DNA from: Halobacteriaceae archaeon
GTDB taxonomy: Archaea > Halobacteriota > Halobacteria > Halobacteriales > Halobacteriaceae
DNA length: 64,000 nt
Reading direction: 5' to 3'
Assembly (NCBI GenBank): GCA_042216525.1
Contig: JBDGTT010000023.1
Coordinates: 22,812-86,811, forward strand
The notes below the pieces were generated by a model, which saw only the letters and a list, made by a program, of their open reading frames with translations, had not been told where the DNA came from and ran no database searches. Each line of letters starts with the position of its first letter. The stretch's first letter is position 1. Of this stretch, positions 45,400-53,085 are shown piece by piece. The position numbers were made by a program, and so were the translations under genes.

Positions 45400-45723
45400 G
45401 GGGGTCGCTTCGCGACCCCCAGCCGCAAAAACATGGGTGAAAAAGCCGCGAGCCGGAGGCTCGCGGTGAAACTCGCGCGAAGCGCGAGTACAGGGGACCG
45501 CACCGTCCGACCGCCCACCGTCTCCGCGACGGCCACCCGGACCAGCGAGCGTGGTGCGCGTCAGCGCACCCGCGAGCGACCAGGGATTAGCTGCGAGCGG
45601 ACCGGTTCTCGGGTAGCCGGCACCGCAATCGAAGCGCGGCCGACAGGCCGCGCGCACCTGGTTGGAATACTAAGGGCGAGCGCGGGAGCGTGTCCGCAGG
45701 ACCGCTCCCTCGCGAGGGCTTAG
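45400..45723. other. Hairpin/palindrome-dense non-coding block (candidate structured RNA or cis-acting DNA site)
   Basis: Six perfect 7-11-bp GC-rich stem-loops, a 12-nt perfect palindrome CCCTCGCGAGGG (45707-45718), and four direct GCGAGCG heptamers (45545, 45572, 45593, 45676). No credible ORF. Confidence 0.6.
45440..45466 (-). terminator. Hairpin plus U5 on the minus strand
   Basis: CCGCGAGCC-TCC-GGCTCGCGG (45446-45466) followed on the minus strand by CTTTTTC (T5 at 45444-45440). A second T5 lies at 45431-45427. Confidence 0.45.
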
Positions 45724-46350
45724 TTAGGCGATGTCGCGCGACGTGTCGATGCGGACGCGTTCGCCCAGTTCGAGTTTGATGACCTCGTCGGGCGCCCGAC
45801 CGCCACGGAACTTGGGCACCGACAGCCGCGACTCCATCTCCGCACCGGCGGTGTTCACCGTCAGCGAGAGCACCACGTCGGCCATGTGTTCGGTGGTGTC
45901 CCGGAGTTGCGGGACCGAGGACCCCCGCAGGCCGTGGAGGACGGTGATGCCGCCGATGTTCTGCATGTGGTTCTGGAGCGCGTTCAGGAAGTTGCGGTAG
46001 CGGGTGCGCTCTAAGCGCTCGAGGACGTCGACGGTGTCGACGATGAGGTTGGCCTCGCCGCTGATGTTGCGGAAGAGGCGCTGGGCGTTGTCGAGTGGGG
46101 CGTCCCCCGAGACGTACCGGATGCGCGGGTCGCCGGTCGGCGCCGGCGTCCGGTCGAGCGCGTCCTGGACGGACTGCTCGGTGCGCTCGGTCGTCAGGTA
46201 CAGCGTCGGGCGCGCCCGCGTGAGTTCGTAGAGCAACAACTCCGCCTGGCTCGCCGGGGGGGCGACGTACGCGACGATGCTCCCCGGTGGGAACCCGCCG
46301 TCGAGGCGACGGTCGAGCACCTCGATTCCGGTGGAGAGTCGCCCGGCCAT
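45724..46350 (-). CDS. RecA/KaiC/RAD55-fold protein with degenerate Walker A
   Basis: 208-aa ORF. The N-terminus STGIEVLDRRLDGGFPPGSIVAYVAPPASQAELLL matches the KaiC/RadA-type lead-in, but the GxxGxGK[ST] P-loop is replaced by APPASQAE. A Walker-B-like ANLIVDTVD is retained. Confidence 0.7.
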   Translation of the reverse strand: MAGRLSTGIEVLDRRLDGGFPPGSIVAYVAPPASQAELLLYELTRARPTLYLTTERTEQSVQDALDRTPAPTGDPRIRYVSGDAPLDNAQRLFRNISGEANLIVDTVDVLERLERTRYRNFLNALQNHMQNIGGITVLHGLRGSSVPQLRDTTEHMADVVLSLTVNTAGAEMESRLSVPKFRGGRAPDEVIKLELGERVRIDTSRDIA

Positions 46351-46375
46351 GCACCCCTCTTCGACGCCGCGGGAT

Positions 46376-47017
46376 TTAACCGTTCGGCCCGACCGCGGAG
46401 ACGAGGCGATCGTACGCGCCCCGGGCCGCGTCGTCGCGCAGGGGTCGCGTCGCCTCCGGGACCGCCACCGCCGAGGCGTCGACGGCGTCGGCGAGACCCG
46501 TCGGGACGTCGTCGGCGCGCGCGACGGCGACGGCGGCGACCGGCGCGTCGACCGCGCGAGCCATCGCGGCGGTCTTCAGGGCGTCGCGGACCGCCGGCGG
46601 GTGAGGCGTGGCGACGAGGAGCGTCCGGTCGGCGACGCGGAGCGGTGCCACGGCGTCGGGGCCGCCGCCGCCGGGACAGTCGACCACCACCGGTCGGTCA
46701 CGCGGCGTCCGCCGGAGGGCCCGGTCCACCGGCGAGTCGTCACCGGCCCGCGCCGGGACCACGTCAGCGCCGGGCACCCTGTCGGCGGGGCGGGCGACGC
46801 GGTCGGGGGGCGCGCCGTCCGCGAGGGCCGCGACGCCCGCCGCGGGTTCGACGCCCGCCACCGCGTGGAGGTCGGGCACGTCCGCGTCGGCGTCCACCAC
46901 CAGCGGTCTGCGTCGTCGCGCGACGAGCGCGGCGGCCAGTCCGAGCGCCGTCGTCGTCTTCCCCACCCCGCCCTTGCCGCCGGCCACAGCGAGCATGGTC
47001 CCCGGTGGGCGCCCCAT
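46376..47017 (-). CDS. MinD/ParA-family P-loop ATPase (short)
   Basis: C-terminal 213 aa of track ORF 46376..47602 ([31 protein letters not shown]...). Deviant Walker A KGGVGKT. Alternative start at Met8, base 46996. Confidence 0.8.
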   Translation of the reverse strand: MGRPPGTMLAVAGGKGGVGKTTTALGLAAALVARRRRPLVVDADADVPDLHAVAGVEPAAGVAALADGAPPDRVARPADRVPGADVVPARAGDDSPVDRALRRTPRDRPVVVDCPGGGGPDAVAPLRVADRTLLVATPHPPAVRDALKTAAMARAVDAPVAAVAVARADDVPTGLADAVDASAVAVPEATRPLRDDAARGAYDRLVSAVGPNG

Positions 47018-47030
47018 CGGACTTGAAGGG

Positions 47031-47041
47031 AGGGATTCAAG
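47031..47041 (+). promoter_or_regulatory. Promoter-like 11-mer AGGGATTCAAG inside an inverted repeat CTTGAA-N8-TTCAAG
   Basis: Ends exactly 25 nt before the pyrB ATG. It lies in the 49-nt divergent spacer between the minD-like gene and pyrB. The inverted-repeat arms are 47022-47027 and 47036-47041. Confidence 0.5.
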
Positions 47042-47066
47042 GTATTCGGGCGGCCCATACTGGGTG

Positions 47067-47969
47067 ATGCGACGGGACCACCTGCTAACGAGTAAGGGCC
47101 TCACGGCGACGGAGATAGAGGCCGTCCTCGACCGCGCGCGCGAGGTCGCGGACGACCCCGGCCGGTTCCGCGACCGGCACGCGGGGGCGCTGCTGGCGCT
47201 GTGTTTCTTCGAGCCCAGCACGCGCACGAAGATGAGCTTCGAGGCCGCGATGAAGCGACTCGGGGGCGACGTCGTGGACATGGGGCCGGTGGAGACCTCC
47301 AGCGTCGCCAAGGGCGAGTCGCTGGCGGACACCGTCCGCGTGGTCGAGGGGTACGCCGACGCCATCGTCCTCCGCCACCCGAGCGAGGGGTCCGCGAAGA
47401 TGGCCTCGGAGTTCGTCGACGTGCCCATCGTGAACGCCGGCGACGGCGCGGGCCACCACCCCTCCCAGACGCTGCTCGACCTGTTCACGATGCGCGAACA
47501 CGCCGGCCTGGACGACCTGACCGTGGGCGTCCTCGGGGACCTCAAGTACGGGCGGACGGTCCACTCGCTGGCCCACGCGCTGGCGACCTTCGACGCGGAC
47601 ATGCACTTCGTCAGCCCCGAGTCGCTCCGCCTGCCCGAGGGCGTCCGCTACGACCTCGAGCAGGTCGGCGCGCGGGTGCACGAGCACCGCGACCTGGAGG
47701 CGGTCCTCCCCGACCTCGACGTCCTCTACGTGACCCGCATCCAGCGGGAGCGGTTCCCCGACGAGGGCGAGTACCGGAAGGTCGCTGGCCGGTACCGCAT
47801 CGACGCGGCGATGCTCTCGGACGCTCGCGACGACCTCGCCGTGATGCACCCGCTCCCCCGCGTGAACGAGATCGCCCCGGAGATAGACGACACCGACCAC
47901 GCCTGTTACTTCACCCAGGCGCACAACGGCGTCCCCGTCCGGATGGCCCTCCTGGACTACCTGCTATGA
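47067..47969 (+). CDS. pyrB: Aspartate carbamoyltransferase catalytic subunit
   Basis: In-frame ATG at 47067 of track ORF 46608..47969 ([12 protein letters not shown]...). Motifs [13 protein letters not shown] and HPLPR. Confidence 0.95.
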   Translation: MRRDHLLTSKGLTATEIEAVLDRAREVADDPGRFRDRHAGALLALCFFEPSTRTKMSFEAAMKRLGGDVVDMGPVETSSVAKGESLADTVRVVEGYADAIVLRHPSEGSAKMASEFVDVPIVNAGDGAGHHPSQTLLDLFTMREHAGLDDLTVGVLGDLKYGRTVHSLAHALATFDADMHFVSPESLRLPEGVRYDLEQVGARVHEHRDLEAVLPDLDVLYVTRIQRERFPDEGEYRKVAGRYRIDAAMLSDARDDLAVMHPLPRVNEIAPEIDDTDHACYFTQAHNGVPVRMALLDYLL

Positions 47970-48433
47970 GCGACACCGACCCCGACGCGACGGAGATGCG
48001 CATCTCGAAGATACGGGACGGCACGGTCATCGACCACGTTCCCGCCGGCCGCGCGCTGAACGTCCTCGAGTTCCTCGGCATCGACGGCGCCACCGGCGAC
48101 ATCGTCAGCGTCGCGATGAACGTCCCGAGCGACCGCCTCGGTCGGAAGGACGTCCTCAAGATCGAGGGACGGGAGCTCTCACAGGACGAGGTGGACGTGC
48201 TCGCCCTCATCGCACCGGACGCGAGCATCAACATCATCCGCGATTACACCGTCGCGGAGAAGCGCCGCGTCGAGCGACCCGACCGCGTTCGCGGCGTCGT
48301 GGAGTGCCCGAACCCGGACTGCATCACGAACGCGGACGAACCCGTCGTGGCCACGTTCGCGGTCCTCGCGGACGGCGTGCGCTGTGAGTACTGCGAGACG
48401 TTCGTCGAGGACTTCGGCGACCGCATCGGCTGA
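47966..48433 (+). CDS. pyrI: Aspartate carbamoyltransferase regulatory subunit
   Basis: C-terminal 155 aa of track ORF 47201..48433 ([24 protein letters not shown]...). Zn site CPNPDC...CEYC. ATGA overlap with the pyrB stop. Confidence 0.93.
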   Translation: MSDTDPDATEMRISKIRDGTVIDHVPAGRALNVLEFLGIDGATGDIVSVAMNVPSDRLGRKDVLKIEGRELSQDEVDVLALIAPDASINIIRDYTVAEKRRVERPDRVRGVVECPNPDCITNADEPVVATFAVLADGVRCEYCETFVEDFGDRIG

Positions 48434-48481
48434 CCCCGGACCCCAAGCGGTATACTCGCCCGCGACGTAGGCGCTCCCGTC

Positions 48482-48580
48482 ATGGTACGGACGCTGCTGA
48501 AACTCGCCATCGCCCTGCTGGTCGTCGCGCTCATCTGGTCGCTCCTGACCGAGGGCGACGAGGACATCGAACCGGCCTGA
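48482..48580 (+). CDS. Candidate 32-aa single-pass membrane microprotein
   Basis: Below the track size cut-off. My translation is MVRTLLKLAIALLVVALIWSLLTEGDEDIEPA. GTATAC box lies 27-32 nt upstream, and a CTCTTTTCCCCC tract follows the stop. Confidence 0.4.
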   Translation: MVRTLLKLAIALLVVALIWSLLTEGDEDIEPA

Positions 48581-48618
48581 AAGGCGGCTCTTTTCCCCCT
48601 GCCGTCCGAACGCCGACC

Positions 48619-49440
48619 ATGTACGGCATCGTCACGCGAAACGAACCCGAACTCGACTGGGAGCCGTTCGACCGGGCCTTCTACGAGGTCAAGAGCCCGA
48701 GCGGTCGCCACGTCGACCCGGTCGAGGGCGCCGTCAACGCCGTGTCCTGCCACGGCGACACCGCGACGGCGGAGGCCGACCCCTCCCTGGTGCCGGTCGA
48801 CGCGGATGGAACCCCGGCGACGCGGGAGCGACGGGCCTTCGACTGGGGGTACGTCTGCCCGGCGGCGGAGGACTACCGCGAGGGCCTGCGCCACGTCGTC
48901 GAGACGTGCGCGGACGTGTCCCCGGACGTCCGCCTCGACGACGTCGGCTTCCCGCGCCCGGAGTACTGCCACTGCGAGCGCTGCGAGGCGGCGTTCGAGA
49001 CGTCCCCCCACGACGACTGGTGGGACTGGCGGGAGTCGGTCGTCGTCGACTTCCTGCGGGACGTCCGCGAAGCGGTGCCCGGCGACCTCTCGCTGGCGGT
49101 CCACCCCGACCCGTACCCGGACCACCTCCGCCGGCGGTCCGGGGCCGGCCTCGACGCGCTCGAACCGCTCGTCGACGAGGTGATCGTCCCCCTCTACGAC
49201 ACCGCCTACGAGACGACCTACTGGCTCGAGGCCATCGCGAGCGGGTTCGCAGACGCCCTCGACGGCCGCCTCGCCGTCGAGTTGTACGCCGTCGACGTGG
49301 ACGTCGACGCCCTCGTGACCGCGACGGCGGTGGCCGAGACGTACGCCGACGCCGTCTACTTCGGGTACGACGCCTCGAACGCGCGAGCGGCCATCCGCCG
49401 GAAGCGGGCCGACGAGCGCGAGGGTCGCTCTTACCCCTGA
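48619..49440 (+). CDS. Hypothetical protein (273 aa)
   Basis: Acidic, protein-like composition with a CHCERC motif. No family recognised by eye. Confidence 0.6.
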   Translation: MYGIVTRNEPELDWEPFDRAFYEVKSPSGRHVDPVEGAVNAVSCHGDTATAEADPSLVPVDADGTPATRERRAFDWGYVCPAAEDYREGLRHVVETCADVSPDVRLDDVGFPRPEYCHCERCEAAFETSPHDDWWDWRESVVVDFLRDVREAVPGDLSLAVHPDPYPDHLRRRSGAGLDALEPLVDEVIVPLYDTAYETTYWLEAIASGFADALDGRLAVELYAVDVDVDALVTATAVAETYADAVYFGYDASNARAAIRRKRADEREGRSYP

Positions 49441-49991
49441 GCGCGGGACAGCCACGCGCGGATGTGCGAGCGGTCACGCGTGTCGGGGGGCAGGTCCGCG
49501 AACCACCGGGCGGCCGATATCTCGCCGTCCGGGTCACGCACCGAGAGCGTCGGGTCCCCAGTGGCGGGCGTTGCCTCGAAGACCGGGAGTACGCCCCAGG
49601 CCGAGCGGCCGTCGTGACGGAACCGCACCCGCGTCACCCACGCGAGGCCGTCGTACTCCGCCGCGATGCCGGCCTCCTCACGGAGTTCGCGCCGGGCGGC
49701 CGCGAGGGGGGCCTCGTCGCCGTCGACGCCCCCACCCGGGAGCACCCACCGGTCGACGCCCTCGTGCCGGACCAGGAGGACGGCGCCGTCGTCGTGGACG
49801 AGCGTCTGTGCGCCGTAGGGCGCGCCGCACGCCCGGACCCGGCGGGCGAGTTCGCGGAACCGCGACCGGGAGACGTGGTGGGTGTGCTCGAACTCGACGG
49901 CGGCCCCGTACCGCTCGTCGAGGCGGTGGTACGTCTGGCGGGCGCGCTGTTCGGCCCGGGAAGCGAGGAACCAGAGGTCGTCTACGGACAT
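49431..49991 (-). CDS. NUDIX hydrolase
   Basis: Met25 of track ORF 49431..50063 (MSVDDLWFLASR...). Nudix box GGGVDGDEAPLAAARRELREEAGI. The 3' end overlaps the previous gene by 10 nt. Confidence 0.85.
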   Translation of the reverse strand: MSVDDLWFLASRAEQRARQTYHRLDERYGAAVEFEHTHHVSRSRFRELARRVRACGAPYGAQTLVHDDGAVLLVRHEGVDRWVLPGGGVDGDEAPLAAARRELREEAGIAAEYDGLAWVTRVRFRHDGRSAWGVLPVFEATPATGDPTLSVRDPDGEISAARWFADLPPDTRDRSHIRAWLSRAQG

Positions 49992-50128
49992 CGCCGCCGA
50001 CCGGAGAGCCGCCCGTCCTGCAGTGCGCGCGTCATCGGGAGACCGTTGGACGGTGCAGGCCAAAACGCTTCTGGGCCGCGGCCCCCGAATCGCGCCGCTT
50101 TTAGGGCGCCCGGACCGACGCTCACGAC

Positions 50129-50332
50129 ATGAGCTTCGAGAAAGGCGACGCGGTCGTCCTGCACGACGAACACTCCGAGTACGACGGGCAGGTCGGCACC
50201 GTCGACGAGGTCATCGAGACCATGTTCGGGGACGAGAACTACATCGTCAGCTTCGAGGACGGACAGGAACAGGGCGTCCCCGCCGACAACCTCGAGGCCG
50301 CCGACGTGGCCGACGAAGCCGACGAGGAGTAG
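50129..50332 (+). CDS. Small acidic hypothetical protein (67 aa)
   Basis: MSFEKGDAVVLHDEHSEYDGQVGTVDEV... is an SH3/KOW-like beta-rich N-terminus with an acidic tail ...EAADVADEADEE. CTTTTAGG box lies about 27 nt upstream. Confidence 0.65.
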   Translation: MSFEKGDAVVLHDEHSEYDGQVGTVDEVIETMFGDENYIVSFEDGQEQGVPADNLEAADVADEADEE

Positions 50333-50365
50333 GCGTTTTCCCGCGTGGCCGCATAGTCCCGCGCG

Positions 50366-50782
50366 ATGAGTGACGTGCCCTTTCACTACGTCGACCTGCG
50401 GACGTTCTGCTACGAGACCGAAGACGAGCGACGGGTCGAGCGGGCGCTGCGCCACTTTCTCCCGGAGGAGGCGGAGATAGAGCGCGTCGAGTCGGAGGGT
50501 CACTACGGCGACCGCATCCTCGTCCTCTCGGTCCGCCTCGAACGGGCCGACGAGGTGCGCCACGTCCTCTCGGCCCTCCGCGAGGGCGGGGCCCTGGAGC
50601 GAGTCCGCGAGGAACTCGACCAGCGGGTCGACGAGGACTGCTCGCTCCACCTCCACCTCGACAAGCAGGCGGCCTACCACGGGGAGACGGTCCTGGGCGA
50701 GGGCATCGCCCTCCGGGCGAAGGTCGAAGCGTACCCGGCGAAGCGGACGACCGCCGTCGAGAACGCCCGGGAGGCGCTCTGA
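50366..50782 (+). CDS. Archaeal RNA-binding protein of the DUF54/COG1325 type ('predicted exosome subunit')
   Basis: 138-aa ORF. The call rests on its position directly upstream of the RNase P protein/proteasome cluster and on general resemblance. Moderate certainty. Confidence 0.6.
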   Translation: MSDVPFHYVDLRTFCYETEDERRVERALRHFLPEEAEIERVESEGHYGDRILVLSVRLERADEVRHVLSALREGGALERVREELDQRVDEDCSLHLHLDKQAAYHGETVLGEGIALRAKVEAYPAKRTTAVENAREAL

Positions 50783-50838
50783 CTGACGTGTGGTAACGCG
50801 TCACAAGACTTATCCACCCGTCCGTGCTGCCTGTGAAC

Positions 50839-50994
50839 ATGGAGCGCTGTCCGTTCTGCCACTCCGAACTGCAGGGTCAGGTCTCACACCGCACCACGCG
50901 GGGCGACGTCACGCCGGGACAGAAGAGCCACGGCGCCGAGCACGTCGCCTGTCCGGACTGCGGGGAGGTCATCGACGGGTTCGCCTCCCACTGA
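50839..50994 (+). CDS. Candidate 51-aa C4 zinc-ribbon microprotein
   Basis: Below the track cut-off. My translation is MERCPFCHSELQGQVSHRTTRGDVTPGQKSHGAEHVACPDCGEVIDGFASH. CTTATCC box lies about 30 nt upstream of the ATG. Confidence 0.5.
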   Translation: MERCPFCHSELQGQVSHRTTRGDVTPGQKSHGAEHVACPDCGEVIDGFASH

Positions 50995-51029
50995 AAAGGT
51001 ACAAACGGCCCCGCCCCCTCGCGGCGTAC

Positions 51030-51773
51030 ATGTACGAGGCGGTTCGTCCGCCCCCGGCGGGCGCCAGCACCGTCGCTCGCTACGCGGCAACGGCCGCCCG
51101 GTACGGGTTCGAGGGCGTCGTCGTTCGCGCCGGCCAGGACGGGACGGACGGAGCGGTACCCGAAGGCGTGGCCGAGAGCTACGGTGTCGACGTCGTCGAC
51201 GCCGTCGAGGTGCGGGTCGACGACCCCTCGCGGGCCGGCGGCGCCATCGGCAACGCCCGGTCGAGTCACACGCTCGTGTTCCTGCGCGGCGGGTCGGCCC
51301 GCATGAACCGGTTCGCCGTCGAGAGCCCGAAAGTGGACGTGCTGACGGCGCCGCTCCGGGACGGCGGCGACCTGAACCACGTCCTCGTGCGCGCCGCCGC
51401 CGACAACGACGTCGCCATCGAGGTGAACCTCGGGCGCGTCCTCCGTGCCAGCGGCGGGCGCCGCGTCACCGCGCTCCGGGGCCTCCGGAAACTCGGTGAC
51501 CTCCTCGCGAAGTACGACGCACCCTTCGTCGTGAGCGCCGACCCGGCGTCACACCTCGAGGTGCGCGCACCGCGGGAACTCGCGGCGGTGGGCGAGGCGG
51601 TTGGCTTCGGCGCCGACCGGACGCGAGCGGGGCTGCAGGCCTGGGGCGCGGTGGCCGCTCGGAACCGGGAGCGCCGCGGCGAGGACTACGTGGCACCGGG
51701 GGTGCGACGCGGCCCGTACGGCGGTGCCGACGGCCCCGACGCGGCCGGGACAGGGGAGGACGACAGCCGATGA
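51030..51773 (+). CDS. rnp3: RNase P protein component 3 (Rpp30 homologue)
   Basis: In-frame ATG at 51030 of track ORF 50790..51773 (MYEAVRPPPAGASTVARYAATAARYGFEGVVVR...). TIM-barrel-like Rpp30 pattern and position before rnp2. Confidence 0.8.
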   Translation: MYEAVRPPPAGASTVARYAATAARYGFEGVVVRAGQDGTDGAVPEGVAESYGVDVVDAVEVRVDDPSRAGGAIGNARSSHTLVFLRGGSARMNRFAVESPKVDVLTAPLRDGGDLNHVLVRAAADNDVAIEVNLGRVLRASGGRRVTALRGLRKLGDLLAKYDAPFVVSADPASHLEVRAPRELAAVGEAVGFGADRTRAGLQAWGAVAARNRERRGEDYVAPGVRRGPYGGADGPDAAGTGEDDSR

Positions 51774-52249
51774 GACACCTCCCGAAGCACCTGCGCCAGC
51801 GCTGGCGGTATCTCGCCGTCGGCCTCGAAACCTGGCCGGACGCCGACTTCGACAGGCGGGCGTTCCAGCGGGCGACGTGGTACGCCGCCCAGAACCTCCT
51901 CGGCGACGTCGGCAGCGCCGACGCCGACCTGCGGGTCCTCCGGTTCCGACTCGGCGAGGGCGAGGGCGAGGCCGTCGTTCGGGTCCGCCACGGTGCGGTA
52001 GAGACGGGACGGGCCGTGGTGGCCTGCGTCCACGCGGTGGACGGTCACGACGTGGGCGTCCACGTGCGCGGCGTGTCCGGAACGGTCCGCGCCTGTGAGG
52101 AAAAGTATATGGGCGGGCCGACGGAAAAAGCGGACCACGTTCGGGTCACGTTCCGGGGAGCAGACCGCCCTGCGGTCCGCCGGGGCGGGCTCCTGGATGT
52201 CGAAACCGACGGAGACTTGACGGGCGCGACCCGACTCGACACCGAGTGA
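51770..52249 (+). CDS. rnp2: RNase P protein component 2 (Pop5 homologue)
   Basis: 159-aa ORF. MRHLPKHLRQRWRYLAV is a typical Pop5 N-terminus. ATGA overlap with the rnp3 stop. Confidence 0.8.
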   Translation: MRHLPKHLRQRWRYLAVGLETWPDADFDRRAFQRATWYAAQNLLGDVGSADADLRVLRFRLGEGEGEAVVRVRHGAVETGRAVVACVHAVDGHDVGVHVRGVSGTVRACEEKYMGGPTEKADHVRVTFRGADRPAVRRGGLLDVETDGDLTGATRLDTE

Positions 52250-52255
52250 CAACAC

Positions 52256-53005
52256 ATGCAGGGACAAAGCCAACAGCAGGCCTACGACAGGGGTATCACC
52301 ATCTTCTCGCCGGACGGGCGACTCTACCAGGTCGAGTACGCCCGTGAGGCGGTCAAGCGCGGCACCGCGAGCATCGGCGTCCGGACCGCCGACGGCGTGG
52401 TGTTCGCCGTCGACAAGCGCATCCGCTCGCCGCTGATGGAGCGGACGAGCGTCGAGAAGATACACAAGGCCGACGACCACGTCGGCATCGCCAGCGCGGG
52501 CCACGTCGCCGACGCCCGCCAGCTCATCGACTACGCCCGCCGCGACGCGCAGGTCAACCGCCTCCGCTACGACGAGCCCATCGGCGTCGAAGCGCTCACG
52601 AAGGACGTCACCGACCACATCCAGCAGTACACGCAGGTCGGCGGCGCCCGCCCGTTCGGCGTCGCGCTCATCATCGGCGGCATCGAGGACGGCGAACCGC
52701 GCCTCTACGAGACCGACCCCTCGGGCACGCCCTACGAGTGGAAGGCCCTCGCCATCGGGTCGAACCGCTCCGAGATACAGACCCACCTCGAGGAGAACTA
52801 CGACGACGAGATGGACCTCGGTGCGGGCGTCGACCTCGCCCTGCGCGCCCTCGCGTCCATCCACGAGGACCCCATCGAGCCCGAGGGCGTGGGCGTCGCC
52901 ACCGTCGACGCGGAGACCGAGCAGTTCATCGAACTCAGCGACGACGAGGTGGCGGAGTACCTCGCGGACCTCGACGTCGAGTCCGGCGACGACGAGAGCG
53001 CCTGA
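52256..53005 (+). CDS. psmA: Proteasome subunit alpha
   Basis: 249-aa [23 protein letters not shown] signature. Confidence 0.95.
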   Translation: MQGQSQQQAYDRGITIFSPDGRLYQVEYAREAVKRGTASIGVRTADGVVFAVDKRIRSPLMERTSVEKIHKADDHVGIASAGHVADARQLIDYARRDAQVNRLRYDEPIGVEALTKDVTDHIQQYTQVGGARPFGVALIIGGIEDGEPRLYETDPSGTPYEWKALAIGSNRSEIQTHLEENYDDEMDLGAGVDLALRALASIHEDPIEPEGVGVATVDAETEQFIELSDDEVAEYLADLDVESGDDESA

Positions 53006-53085
53006 CCGGCCGACCCCCTGTCGAACCGACGCCTGCGTGTCCCGGTCGGGAAAGCCCTTTTGAACGGGGGTGCGTAACTCCCGCT

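Noticed and set aside
45343-45723. I asked whether the structured block is the SRP (7S) RNA or RNase P RNA gene.
   Set aside because: I could not find the universally conserved SRP helix-8 motif (GGAAGGGAGCA-like) or the RNase P CR-I/CR-V motifs (GAGGAAAGUCC, GGCUUA) on either strand. A covariance-model search would still be needed to be certain.
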